Below are positions 52,916 through 64,000 of a DNA stretch of 64,000 nucleotides, piece after piece. Below the pieces are notes generated by a model, which was not told where the DNA came from, did no database searches, and saw nothing but the letters and a program-made list of their open reading frames with translations. This DNA is from Lingula anatina (taxonomy: Eukaryota; Animalia; Brachiopoda). The DNA lies in the NCBI GenBank assembly GCA_051362555.1, contig CM120646.1:18042001-18106000 (forward strand), read 5' to 3'. Positions within the stretch are counted from its first letter, which is position 1; each line of letters starts with the position of its first letter. The position numbers and the translations under genes were made by a program.

Positions 52916-54549
52916 TAAGCACGCACGCTTGGAGTCTGCTATCCCCAAAACACATTTTAATGGCATTTCATATAGCTACTCACAGGCTTTTTTTGTCTGT
53001 TTATTTTCAATTTAGTGTCATTTTTCTGTATCATTTTTCTTGGCCTCGTCATGCTACCAGTAGGTTTATGTAAATACAAGATGTATATACCGGTAGATAT
53101 GTGTATTCACAGAAGCAGTTTCAGTAGTAGTAGTGTTACATAAAGCCCAAGTAGTAGTTGTACTATATAGCACTAGTTATGGCAGCCTGTTAATATAACA
53201 ATAATGTAGCCATATAACCAGAAAATATTGTTCTCCAAAATAGCACATAAGGTAAGTTTTGACTAAGCCTATGTTTTAAATGGGAAAACCCATAGAAATG
53301 CATTCACGAAAGTTTCACAGCTGAAGAAAAAACTACTTGTGTCATTGCCTTTGTTTTTCTAAGTGAAAATCAATAATATCGCCGAAGAATTGGTGTCTCA
53401 AAAGATTCAATGTTAAAGGCATTGGTATGGGTATATGGTGAGAGTTTGAACAGTTGTGATGGTGCTTCGTAGTATGTGCACTGGTAGAGGGTCTATGCCA
53501 GATATGTATATACATGTAGAAAGAGATTTTTAAAAAAGCTTGTGTAAAAAAATAATAATGATACAACCTCGCTGCTGCATGTTAAAAACGTTCCCATGCA
53601 ATGCGTATTGCTTAATGCATCTTTCAAAGGACCACACATACGGCAAGCTGAATTTTTCCAGGATAATTACACACCAGAACGCTATTAATGCTGGGGATAA
53701 AACTTGAAATGCCCACACCCCCTTGATTTTCAAGGTGGTTATTTTGGTTCTCACCGAAAATAATCTCTTAAGTGAAGTTTTCATACAGAATGCTATACAT
53801 GTAAACTATTTTTTTATTCAGAATTTCATTAAGTACTCTGAATATTTGCGTTGTGTAGACAATAAAAGCTTATTATTTGTATGATTGATGCACAAGCTCC
53901 GTGTCGCTTGTTGTAAAGTTGATAAGCATAGCATATAAATTTCAAAGTATATAACATTTTTAAAACGAGTCAGTTATATATTAAATGATATTTTAAGAAG
54001 GCGAGTGTCTGTTTTTATTTCAAGAAAGTTAGATAGCTGAACACAAATTTGTCCCATTTTTGCAAACATTATTATCAAAGTGTTTCGGTTCAGCGGTACA
54101 TAGAGGAACAGCACTGAGTCGTGATATTACTGTCAATGTTGACAAATCTACTCAGATGTCAGGGCGAAATATTACTTTGTGAAATTACCGGATCGTTAAA
54201 TTTCTAACAAATGTCATAACAAAGTAATTGCAGGTGGAGTTGATAATGGTGATTACTGACAAGCTTATGGAAAGGGTCGAAGGAGAGTGTCATTCTTTTC
54301 AAAGTCTAGAGAAATAAATATCTGCTGATACGTGTAGCTGTTTGCATAAGGGAACTATTCAAAATGCACAGCTCGTTAATAGTACTTTGCTATCCACCAA
54401 TTCTAGTCCATCCCCAACCCTAGATATCAAAGCTGAACCCGTAAAAATGAAAATGTGATGAAAAGATGGAAATGTTTACGATGTAGACTATATATTCTTC
54501 TCAACAAAGCTGCATCAAAAGGCAATATTATGTTTATTGATACATACTA

Positions 54550-55937
54550 CACACACTGGACAAAAGAAGTGTCACCCCTCCTGAGCCAATACTATGGGGG
54601 AGATGAATGACTGTGGAATGATATGCTCCTAGTATCATATTATTAACATCAAAATTCACAAAAAATCACAAAATGAGAACAAAATATACATTCTACCAAA
54701 ATATGCAGTTTCAAGTCAAAAATTAGTACTTAGTGGCATAGCCACGCGACCTAATAAAAGGTGCCAGTCTACGAAGCAAGGATTCATATAATTGTCTGAT
54801 GCGTTTAGGGCTTATGCTGGCCCAAGCATGAAACACTGAATATAACAGAGTTTCTCTGCTGGTTAGACGGGCATTTGTAAAAAGTTTTGACATATCATTC
54901 CAAAAATTTTCTATTATGTTTGCATCCGGACTCTGGGCAGGCCACATCACCCTGCCAATGTCCTGTTGGTCAAACCAATCATCAACTGCTCTGGGCCTGT
55001 GACAAGGAGCATTGTCATCCTGGTGAACAAATGGATAATTCCTGTCACCAAACATGTTAGTAATAGATGGTAGCAAGCCTGACTCTAAAACATCGATATA
55101 TTTCTAGCGATTCATGTTTCCATTAACCACTATCAATTCGCCCAAGCCATGGATGCTGATGCAGCCCCACACCATGATGAATATGCTGTTCCGGGTTCGA
55201 AAATTCAGTGCATGTGGTGCAAATGCTTTACCAGCAGTTTGGCAGCATAGTACCTCTGTCATCAGAGGTCAGACCAAAGCGACACTCATCAGAAAAAATA
55301 TATAGGACCAATTGTCATGAACTGTCCAGTTCCAGATCCTGTTGACCCTAGTTTACTCTACGTTGCCTGTTTTGTAACGATATAAGAGGTTTCAGTCTTG
55401 CCACCCTGCTGTACACTCTCTGAGCATGTAACCGACGCCTAGCAATTTTCACAGACACATTCTTATGTGTGAAATTGTTCCACTGTGTTGTCAACTGACA
55501 AGCAGTGTCGAACTTTGACAACCTGGACATCAAAATCAGTCGTCGGTCTTTACGGCCAGTATTTTTTCTTGGACGACCCATCAGAGGCAATTTGTCTCTT
55601 GATCCAGTGTTTCTATACCGAGACCAGACCCCCTGCACGGTTCTGACTGAACAATTCAATTGTATCGATATTCTGACATTGCTTACATTCCGCCTCTTCA
55701 GGTTAATAACTTGCACCTATAACCGTTAGATAATTGCCTGTATCTTGCCATATTGGAGGAAGACAGGAATAAAATTTGCTGTACATGTACAAGACCAACA
55801 ATACAATTCCATGGTATAGCGGTTTTATACTCATTAGTCACATTATAAGTAGACCAGGCATTATAAGTACCCAAGATCTGCCTACTTTTATTACTCTGAG
55901 TTAGGGGGTGACACTTCTTTTGTCCCTGCAGTGTGTG
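54550..55937 (-). mobile_element. Tc1-like (DD34E) transposon, full length, defective
   Basis: TA|cacacactggacaaaagaagtgtcacccc ... ggggtgacacttcttttgtccctgcagtgtgtg|TA; contains a transposase pseudogene. Confidence 0.92.
54723..55751 (-). pseudogene. Tc1 transposase pseudogene (frameshifts and stops)
   Basis: Paired-like HTH region (..SVRTVQGVWSRYRNTGS..GRPRK..), FSDECRF, MVWGCIS, QDDNAPCH and WPAQSPDANIIENFW, with 34 residues between the second D and the E; split over several frames. Confidence 0.93.
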
Positions 55938-56479
55938 TACATGTGTACAAGTGCTCATCGCCTGCTACGTGCGGTGTCGTATTCAACAAGTTAATAACAT
56001 GGAGAAGCCTGTGAAAAGGAACCATAATGAAAAAAGGTGAACAGAGAAGAAAAAAGATGAGAGGATAAAAGACACTGGAATATCACCATTTCGTTGTTTA
56101 TTTTGCCGCTTTGCATCTTAAAAGCATATACAATTTCTTCATTCCGTCTTACTACATTTCAACGCTATCGACCTTTTGAAGGAGTCCCGTCTTACATTTC
56201 CACACTCACGTATCCCGCAAATTGCTGAAATAAGTTGTCATCTTTACACATTATGCAATCAGCGTCAAACGCCTTTTTTAAGTGAAGCAGCTATGCGTTC
56301 TGACAATCTTTACAAAAGATTTTTAGTGAAGCCAAGTAAACACCAAATCAAAAGAAAATCGCCCTGCAGGCTATAAGTTAGTCGCTTTATGTAAGCATTC
56401 CTAACTGACAGTTAAAACGTAATAGACGCAATCAATATGATTTCATATGGTTAGACGAACTAGACTACTTTATCTTTTA

Positions 56480-56840
56480 GGGCTCATTCCCACTTAAACT
56501 ATCGATCTAAGTAGATCGATCCAAACTCCGCGGGAACTCCTGGTGCATACAATCAAATTAATCAACTTTGTTTCCAAAGTGCTCGTACAATCAACAGCTT
56601 ATATGTTTGTATTCCACACAACGCCTGGACAAATGACTCTCTAACCACAGGTTGCGCGAGTACTTTGTTACAACAATGTTGCAGGGCTCACAGTGTAGTT
56701 TTGTAAAACATTTAAGGACCTCTTGATATCAGTGGATACGGAGGAGGCGTGTTAATATCTTTATCTGATTGCATTCAGCGAGAGTGCCTGCGGAGTTGGA
56801 TCGATCTACGTAAACCGATATTTTCATTGGGAATAAGCCC
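56480..56840. mobile_element. Related PIF/Harbinger-type MITE
   Basis: gggctcattccca ... tgggaataagccc termini; gtagatcgatccaaactccgc / gcggagttggatcgatctac subterminal inverted repeat. Confidence 0.7.
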
Positions 56841-59380
56841 TTTGCGAAGAAAAATACTGTATCAGTGGCCTGTTCAGGTAAAAAACTTCCAATAAAATGT
56901 AATATTTGATCCAAAGTAATGCGTTAGCTGCAACAACCCGGTGTTTTAACCTGATTAGAACAAGCGTTGTGTTACACTCGAATATTTGTCATTTTTGTGC
57001 TTTTTTCGTAGTAGTTATTTGTATCACAATGTAAATGTGTTACCAGAGCACACCGTGTGTGATATACCACAGTGGTACAGTTATTTTATTCTCTTTCTTT
57101 CCCTAAGAGCCTTGCAAATCTGACATTTTGGTCCCCTCCCGGTGGTTACTCTACATTTCTTCAACATTTCATCCGTTTACGTCATCAATCAAAAATTCAA
57201 CCTTGGCTCTATTTGTCCATTTTACAAAGCTGGATTATCGTGCTCCAGTTCTTTAAAAGTCTCCACTATAACTGCTAAGGGTACAGCGACATCTCGACAT
57301 CAGGCAATGAACTTAGCAGATAGCACGACGCAAAACAGTTATCTTAAATAAAACTTATTTCCTTTAACCGAATTTCAATGTCCCAGTTTATTGTGAATAT
57401 GATTAGGTCGATATTGCATTTCAGGGGAGTTCTTAATATACAATAAATTGTAATTGTTCGTGCAATGTGTGCGGTCTTATCAAAATGGCGATGAAAAGTC
57501 GGTAAGGGCGCAACTGATGCATCGTTCTTAGGTCACATACTTCCAAGTAAAAGTTTTCTTCTTGAGAGATCGGGGCCAGTTCTTTATGTTTCTTTGTGTT
57601 TTGTGGTATGGGGTCTAAAATGATGCTGGACATTAATCTAGAAAAAGAAAATGTAGAATTTGAAATTACTGGTTTGCATTTAGTAAACTTAAAGGTCGTA
57701 ACTTTTCATTTTTATACCTCCTCCCCAACCAACCCAATAAATGTTCAGATATTTTTTGTGCAAAAATTAAGGAGCATGTCCGACTTTCTTGATTTATGAA
57801 TTTACTAGCTGTCCAAAAATGCAACATAAAAGAAGAACATTAAATTTTCGCGCATGTGCAACACTCTTTATTCTACGTTTTCACCCATGCGTATCACTTA
57901 TAGGCTCGAGACACGGCAAGTTAAAGACAGTTGTTAACTTACCTGAGCATGAAAAAACTACAGAAGTCCGCAACTGACAAACTTTCGAGGATGCTTAATT
58001 AAGCAAACGGACTGACGGGAAAAAAGCTGCGATAAAACGTAAGTTAAAACCTTTCGAGAATACGACCCAAATACGTAAGCAGGGAAAAGTATGAAGAGTC
58101 GCTTCAAACAGCCTATGGTGTAGAACTTCAGGTAGGGAACGTGTGCTTCTAAATTATGTAACACGGCAAAATTCACTGTGAAATAGTAGTGTACACGACC
58201 CAGGGTATTCTATATCCTCCTCTTCTTTAGCCTCAGTAAATATTTCAGTTTTCCATTGCATTTTCTCTAACAGCTTGTCCGTCTTTCTAGCTGTTGTTAA
58301 GTAAGACATACCCCAAAACAAACCAAAAGTTTGGCGGCTTGCGCAGATTGGTGAACATGTATAGTACTGCTTTTTGATGCCATTCCGTTAATTCAGAGAT
58401 AACATAACTTTCAAATTGCCGTTGAACAGGTTCAGTTTTTTAGGGAGAAATAGCGGCACAGGGGGTATTGGAGGTGGGTGTGGAGGCAAGGGTTATACGG
58501 AGCAAAGGAAAAGATATCTAAAAATTATTTGTACGAGCTGAAAGATTTTTCTTACGCAAGCATCTCTCTGCGAAATATTTATTACTTTTGATTGAAAAGC
58601 ACATCGACCTCTTTCGACCTTTAATTAACCAGGCCTTTTCAGTAATGATCTTTACAGTGATGAAACATTTGTAATATTTCAGATTAGGCTATAGGTTTGT
58701 GTGGTTTATAAAGATAATTCTTATGGAAACATTAGTCCGTTGCTGAACACAGAAGAAAATCTGAAATGATAAGTCAACAATAAACCTATGTGTGAAATGA
58801 CAACCTATCTACTAGTCGGGTATATTATATGGTACCAGAGTAAAAACAGAATTGAATGAATAATATTCGCTGTGTAGTTAATAAGTATTCGCGAATTCGT
58901 TCCTTTTGTAAAAAAAAAAATGTTGTTTTCATGTAATACTTGATGAAAAATGCCACTTGGAAATGCTGATGAAGTCGAAATGCGTCGCCCTTGGAGATAG
59001 CAGACATTAGAATAACGAAATGGGTGTGCACACTGACAGTTTGCCTTATCATATGCATACTAGACACTGCAAAACACAGAAGGGTCGTGATTTGAATTTG
59101 TTTAACATCATAAATAATCAGCCTTCTTCTTGGAAAACTATTAAAGTACGATTATTTATAGGCGTAGGACGGATTAATACTTTGCCATCTTGCTGAATTT
59201 TTCACTTAACTATATTGTCACCCTTCGCCCAAAACTTCTTATTTACTGCCTTACATACCTTCTTTTGGGCAATAAATAAATCTTCAGTGTTCAGTGACTA
59301 AATTAATTTTAATGTTAAATGTTAAAACATTTACACACATGTCATCTTATGGCCACCGTTAAACAAATTCTGCTATGTCC

Positions 59381-59595
59381 TCTATATTTTAAATATTTTA
59401 AACAGTTTGACCTAGTCCCATGCATTGCATACATGAACCATACCACTTACTAAATATTCATTAATACTTGTAGTACCAGCCTAGGAAATAAAGAAAATAA
59501 AGAAACAGAAAATAACACATTTATGGTTTATGGTATGGTTAACGTATGCAATGCATGTGACGTGGTCAAACTGCTTAAAATATATAAAATATAGA
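59381..59595. repeat. Imperfect long inverted repeat (hairpin/MITE-like)
   Basis: tctatattttaaatattttaaacagtttgacc..catgcattgcatac..aaccatacca pairs with tggtatggtt..gtatgcaatgcatg..ggtcaaactgcttaaaatatataaaatataga. Confidence 0.7.
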
Positions 59596-60076
59596 AAGTA
59601 CATCGAGAGAAAATAATCTTTGTGCCGGGTTAAGGGGTTCCTCAATTTAAAGACAAAAAGGTATAAGAACGTATTTGAAAAAAAGATATTTCTATTAAGT
59701 GTTTCCCAACTACAACTATCTTTGAATTTCTAGAGCGTTTCTGGGCAATGGTCCATAGCACAGGGTTTCAGGGCTTGCTCCACAAGAGGTAGAGGTGGGA
59801 TGGGAGGTGGGGGGGGGGCACAAAATCAATACTGTAGGGCTAATAATAAATGTAAGTGTGGAAATTTCAATCAAGAGAGATCTCTAATGCATGTCAACCT
59901 AGCAGCGGCCATGACGCTAAGAAAATGACATTCCTGAAATTTACGCTTATTACTTCTACTTTCATTCCTATCATTTCCTTCAATGCAAATGTAATATAAA
60001 AAAACTAGTGTTGAGGGGATGTGTGTTTCAGTTATATCATTATATCACTGACTTCTTTCTGTCTCAGATCTCCACC

Positions 60077-60260
60077 ATGGCAAACACCCAGAAAGCGTGT
60101 CCGGAGGCCTATCCACAGGAAGACCCACAGTATGGGTACGACCAAGGACCTCAGCCCTCAATATCTCAAGCGCAGGTTTGTAAAGGGGAATTTCAAACAC
60201 ATCTGCTCAGAAACTTGCTTCATTAAAAGTGTGTGTGTGATGAAAGCAAAGGTAACTAGC

Positions 60261-60312
<52 letters not shown>

Positions 60313-61483
60313 TGAACGGTAAAGATTTTAATTAATTTTTCGTGTTCGTATCGCACAGTTCTTATATACATGTATATATTTTTTTCAATGTAATTTTAAT
60401 AGCACTTTCTGTTCCTGTTATTTCATTTTCTTCAACACACACAAAAAAAGAAAAAAACTCACTTCTTGTTTTCGGCAACAAGGCGTTCCGTTTTCACCAT
60501 AATATCTGGCTTCTTTCTGTTTTAGGTCTATAGCATGACACCCACCCAGAGAGCGTACCCGGAGGTCTTTCCACAGCAAAATTTTTTAACCCACAGTATG
60601 GGTACGACCAAGGTCCTCCGCCTTCATACAACCCAGCATCCCAAGGGCAGGTTTGTAATGGGGTATTCCTTGGACAATTTTAGGCGCATCTCTTCAGAAA
60701 ATCGCTCTATCTTATATAATAATAATAATAAAATAAAACACTTCTTTAAAACCGCGCTACACATGCGTCTCAGCGCTGTTTACATAAAAAATAAAAACTC
60801 CACAGATAAATTAAAGCCAGTATAGACTAAAAACAGAATACTTAAAAATTTTAAAAACTAACTTCTAAATGTGTGTGTGCATGTGTGTGTGCGTGTCGGA
60901 CGTCGAATACATTAAATAAACCACGCTACCGGAGGGAGCACCCTCTGCTTTCATCACCATTCGTCATTCCATCCATGTTTTTAATAGAAAAACTAATGGA
61001 AATGTCTGTTCTGGCATTGCCATACATTGATTTAATTACACCAAATTTGTCAAACCATTTTATCTTTTAGGTGATTGTGACACAGCCCTCTCCAGCAGGC
61101 AATACTGTGTACGTCATTCCCCAACCCAAGCCGCAAAGCTACTTGTGGCTGTCCATCTTTGTGTTGTTGTGTTGTAATCTGCCCTTGGGGATAATTGCCC
61201 TCATCTTTTCAGGTAATTGTTTTATCTTAATATGTAAAGAAAAAAAAGAAATAAAAATATCTTTTCAGGTCTCCAACTTAACGCGTCTTCTGAAGACCCG
61301 TAGATGAAGTCTCTGTTAAGTTGGGCTCTCATATTTTTTTAATTTATTAAAATTATTATTTATTTTATTTAATTTTATAATGTCATTTTAAGTCTCTGAT
61401 AGCTCTATACAAAACTGCCTTTTTAGTGTTTTATTATGTATCTATTGTTACGTGTATATTGGGTGAAACTTCCCCTCCCTCCC

Positions 61484-61551
<68 letters not shown>

Positions 61552-61802
61552 CAACGGTACTGAAAAAGAAGTTATGATAGATAAATTCCATCACAGGATT
61601 CTTTTTTTAGTTCCTCCTTCGATCTTTACATTTAAAACGTTTTGGTTTCTTTTCAGTGCTATCGGACAGCAACTACAACGGCGGAGACGTGGAGGGCGCC
61701 AAAGCAAAAGGGCAGGCAGCCTTAACGACGAACATTATTAGCATAGTGATGGGCATCATATTAATAATTGTCTTCGCCGTCTTAAAATATACCCACATGT
61801 AA
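60077..61802 (+). CDS. CD225/dispanin family membrane protein (IFITM/PRRT1-like), 128 aa, 3 coding exons
   Basis: Exons 60077-60175 (Kozak ccaccATGg), 61071-61212 and 61657-61802; 387 nt in frame. Pro/Gln/Tyr-rich N-terminus, SYLWLSIFVLLCCNLPLGIIALIFS, GDVEGAK and a C-terminal TM helix form the CD225 signature. Confidence 0.9.
60526..60650 (+). pseudogene. Duplicated copy of the dispanin first coding exon with an 8-nt frameshifting insertion
   Basis: Aligns with 60068-60175 including the flanking intron. It has its own AG, ATG (60535) and CAG|gtttgt donor, but is 125 nt long. Confidence 0.75.
61482..61550. repeat. (CT)n(CA)n compound microsatellite
   Basis: Seen directly. Confidence 0.9.
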
Positions 61803-64000
61803 TGTTGTATGCCTAATATTTGTATATTGTGTCAGGAGGCGCCAGTAGAGAGTTTCCGTTGCCGGTGAGATACGCCGGCTAGATTAATACGTCATCGGTA
61901 TGTGCGCACTTGTGACGTTCACCGCATTCATATACCGTCGTCCAATCTAGTCTGCGGAATACAAGCGCTCCTATCTAGCCAGTGCGGAAGATTATTGAAA
62001 CTAGTTATTAAAGGTTATGTTTGCTCATTTATATGCCTTATATAATTTTTTACAATAGTTCAAGTGTACGTTCATGCAAATTTCGACTTTTTAAGCGAGA
62101 GGAGTCGCTAGTTTTGGTTTATCAGGCACGTAGTCGGGGGTTGATCTTACTAACCGCCATATTTGTCGTAAAAAATTGAATTTTTGGGTAATATATGTCT
62201 CCTTTTTCATAAAAAAAGAATCTCCACCTTGGAAATAGATGGCTAAGGGGCCGTATATTGTTAATTATATTGGAATGAGCGGGGCGGGAAGCGCCAGCAT
62301 TCTGGAACTTTACCGGAACGAGAAAAGAGTAGCGCGTTACTAGATACATTTGCACATACGTAACAATCTAGCCGTCGTATCCCAACTGCACCGGAAACTC
62401 TCTAGTAATGGCGCTGATGGCTCTATAGGCACTGTCACACCTAGCATACAGCACAAACGTATCGGATTCGTTTGACTTACCTCTTATACGTCTCGAAAAG
62501 AGAAAAATTAACACAAAAAATATAATGCTAAGAAAAATAATTCTCTCAAACTGTTTTTCCGATTTGAGCTGTAGTCCTAACATCATTCTTGTAAGTTCGA
62601 GAATAATAAGTAACACGGATCTTGTTATATATTGCTTACAGGGGCAGTTCACAAAATGGAGCTATGGTCATATAAAATTTGATGTAATATTACATAATTT
62701 ACTGCTAAAGCACCCCGATTTTTGAGTGTTGAGTAAGGAACATGAACCTTTTGAAAGCAAAGGTAACTAGCATATATATATATATAATTAAACAGATAAT
62801 AATAAATTCGAGGCTTGTCTAAACCTCAACTCTGAGTTTTATCATTTAGTATTTATTTATTTATTTATTTATTTATTTATTGGATTGTGTATAAATGCTC
62901 CGCATAGTAGAGCTCTCTGGATATGACACATTTATATATATTATGTCCAATGGGATTTTGAAGTCACGCACTGCAAATGTTACTATGTGAAAAAAGAAAA
63001 AAAAAAACAGCAAAAAAGCATAAAATCAAGAAAATGTCAAGCATTTGCACCAGTCTGTACAAGTATCAAGGGCCGTGTTGCACAAGTGAAACAGTTTTTA
63101 GCAGCAGTTTCAACACATTTAACAGTGTCAGAAGTGTTTAAACACATTCCTGTGGACCATATATTACATTTTATGGGATGTTATTTCACCTGAACAGGCC
63201 ATTGAAGCAGCACAGTAGCTCATTAAAGGTTTAATTAGCTTATTTAGTCCGTATGGCCGTTTAAAATCAAATTGATTGCGTCTATTATGTTTTAACTGCC
63301 AGTAGGTAGTGCTAACATAAAACGAGTAAATTCCAGCCTGTGGGAGATGTTTCATCTTACAAGGGTTGAATTGGCTCTACTGAGATCTTAACATGAAATT
63401 TTCCAGAATGCTCAGCATTTTATAAGCATTTAGTTGATTCTTCTCTGTATAAAAATAACCTATATGTACATAATAACCAATTGTCCGGGGTCGTATTCTC
63501 AAAAGGTTATATTTAACTCATACGTGCAACTGCCCGATGGTAAAAATAATGACATCAACTGCATCGCCCCCTTCCCCCCTTATTGTGCCTTCCCCGCGTT
63601 CTGCCTGGGTTTTAAAGTGTTGGGCTTCAAAACAGGAATTTGAAAAAAAAATTAATGGACCCTTTTCCACGTTTTTTACCTAATGTGCATGCGTACAGCC
63701 TGCAACAAAGTCCCTTTAGGTTGAAGGCAGTTGTCAATTTACGAGAGAACGCACAAGATATAGTCACTTACAAATCTTCGAGAATATCAACATACGCAAC
63801 CAGTCGGAATTTCGTGAAAAGTTGCTAGAAAACGTTACTGCAAGTGACAAGCTTTACAGAACACCGCCCAGGATTAACACTATAGTGTACAGGTAAAGAA
63901 TGATTGTGAAGAGACCCCTTCAAAATGTCGATGCCTTTGATTGATATCTAAATCGGTAAGTTCAAAATATACGCTTTTCAAGCCAATCCATGAAATAGGG

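Noticed and set aside
59485-59515. ISRE-like GAAANNGAAA upstream of the dispanin gene
   Set aside because: Within an A-rich low-complexity loop of an inverted repeat; expected by chance.

Overview
AT-rich, intron-containing animal DNA (invertebrate; echinoderm-like repeat landscape, by inference), not prokaryotic. Most ORFs in the supplied track are spurious, and the real genes were reassembled by hand from GT-AG exons. All are on the + strand: (1) a 10-exon, 472-aa nicotinic-receptor-like Cys-loop channel subunit (1150-12087) lacking the acetylcholine aromatic box and carrying Thr at the 9' gate; (2,3) two tandem paralogous single-pass receptors (15632-19619 and 37210-41542) with an identical 8-Cys ectodomain whose first half matches the BCMA/TACI-type TNF-receptor module, plus TRAF-type tail motifs; (4) a Ctr/SLC31 copper-transporter homologue (46993-50038) that has lost the essential MxxxM filter; (5) a candidate 106-aa orphan coiled-coil gene (50517-52364); (6) a CD225/dispanin (IFITM/PRRT-like) gene (60077-61802) with a duplicated, frameshifted exon. 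Non-coding DNA holds two decayed Tc1 elements, many PIF/Harbinger-type MITEs (some nested), a non-autonomous RecQ-helicase-fragment (AcademH-like) element, and abundant TAGGCCTA/TACATGTA motifs that look like transposon excision footprints.
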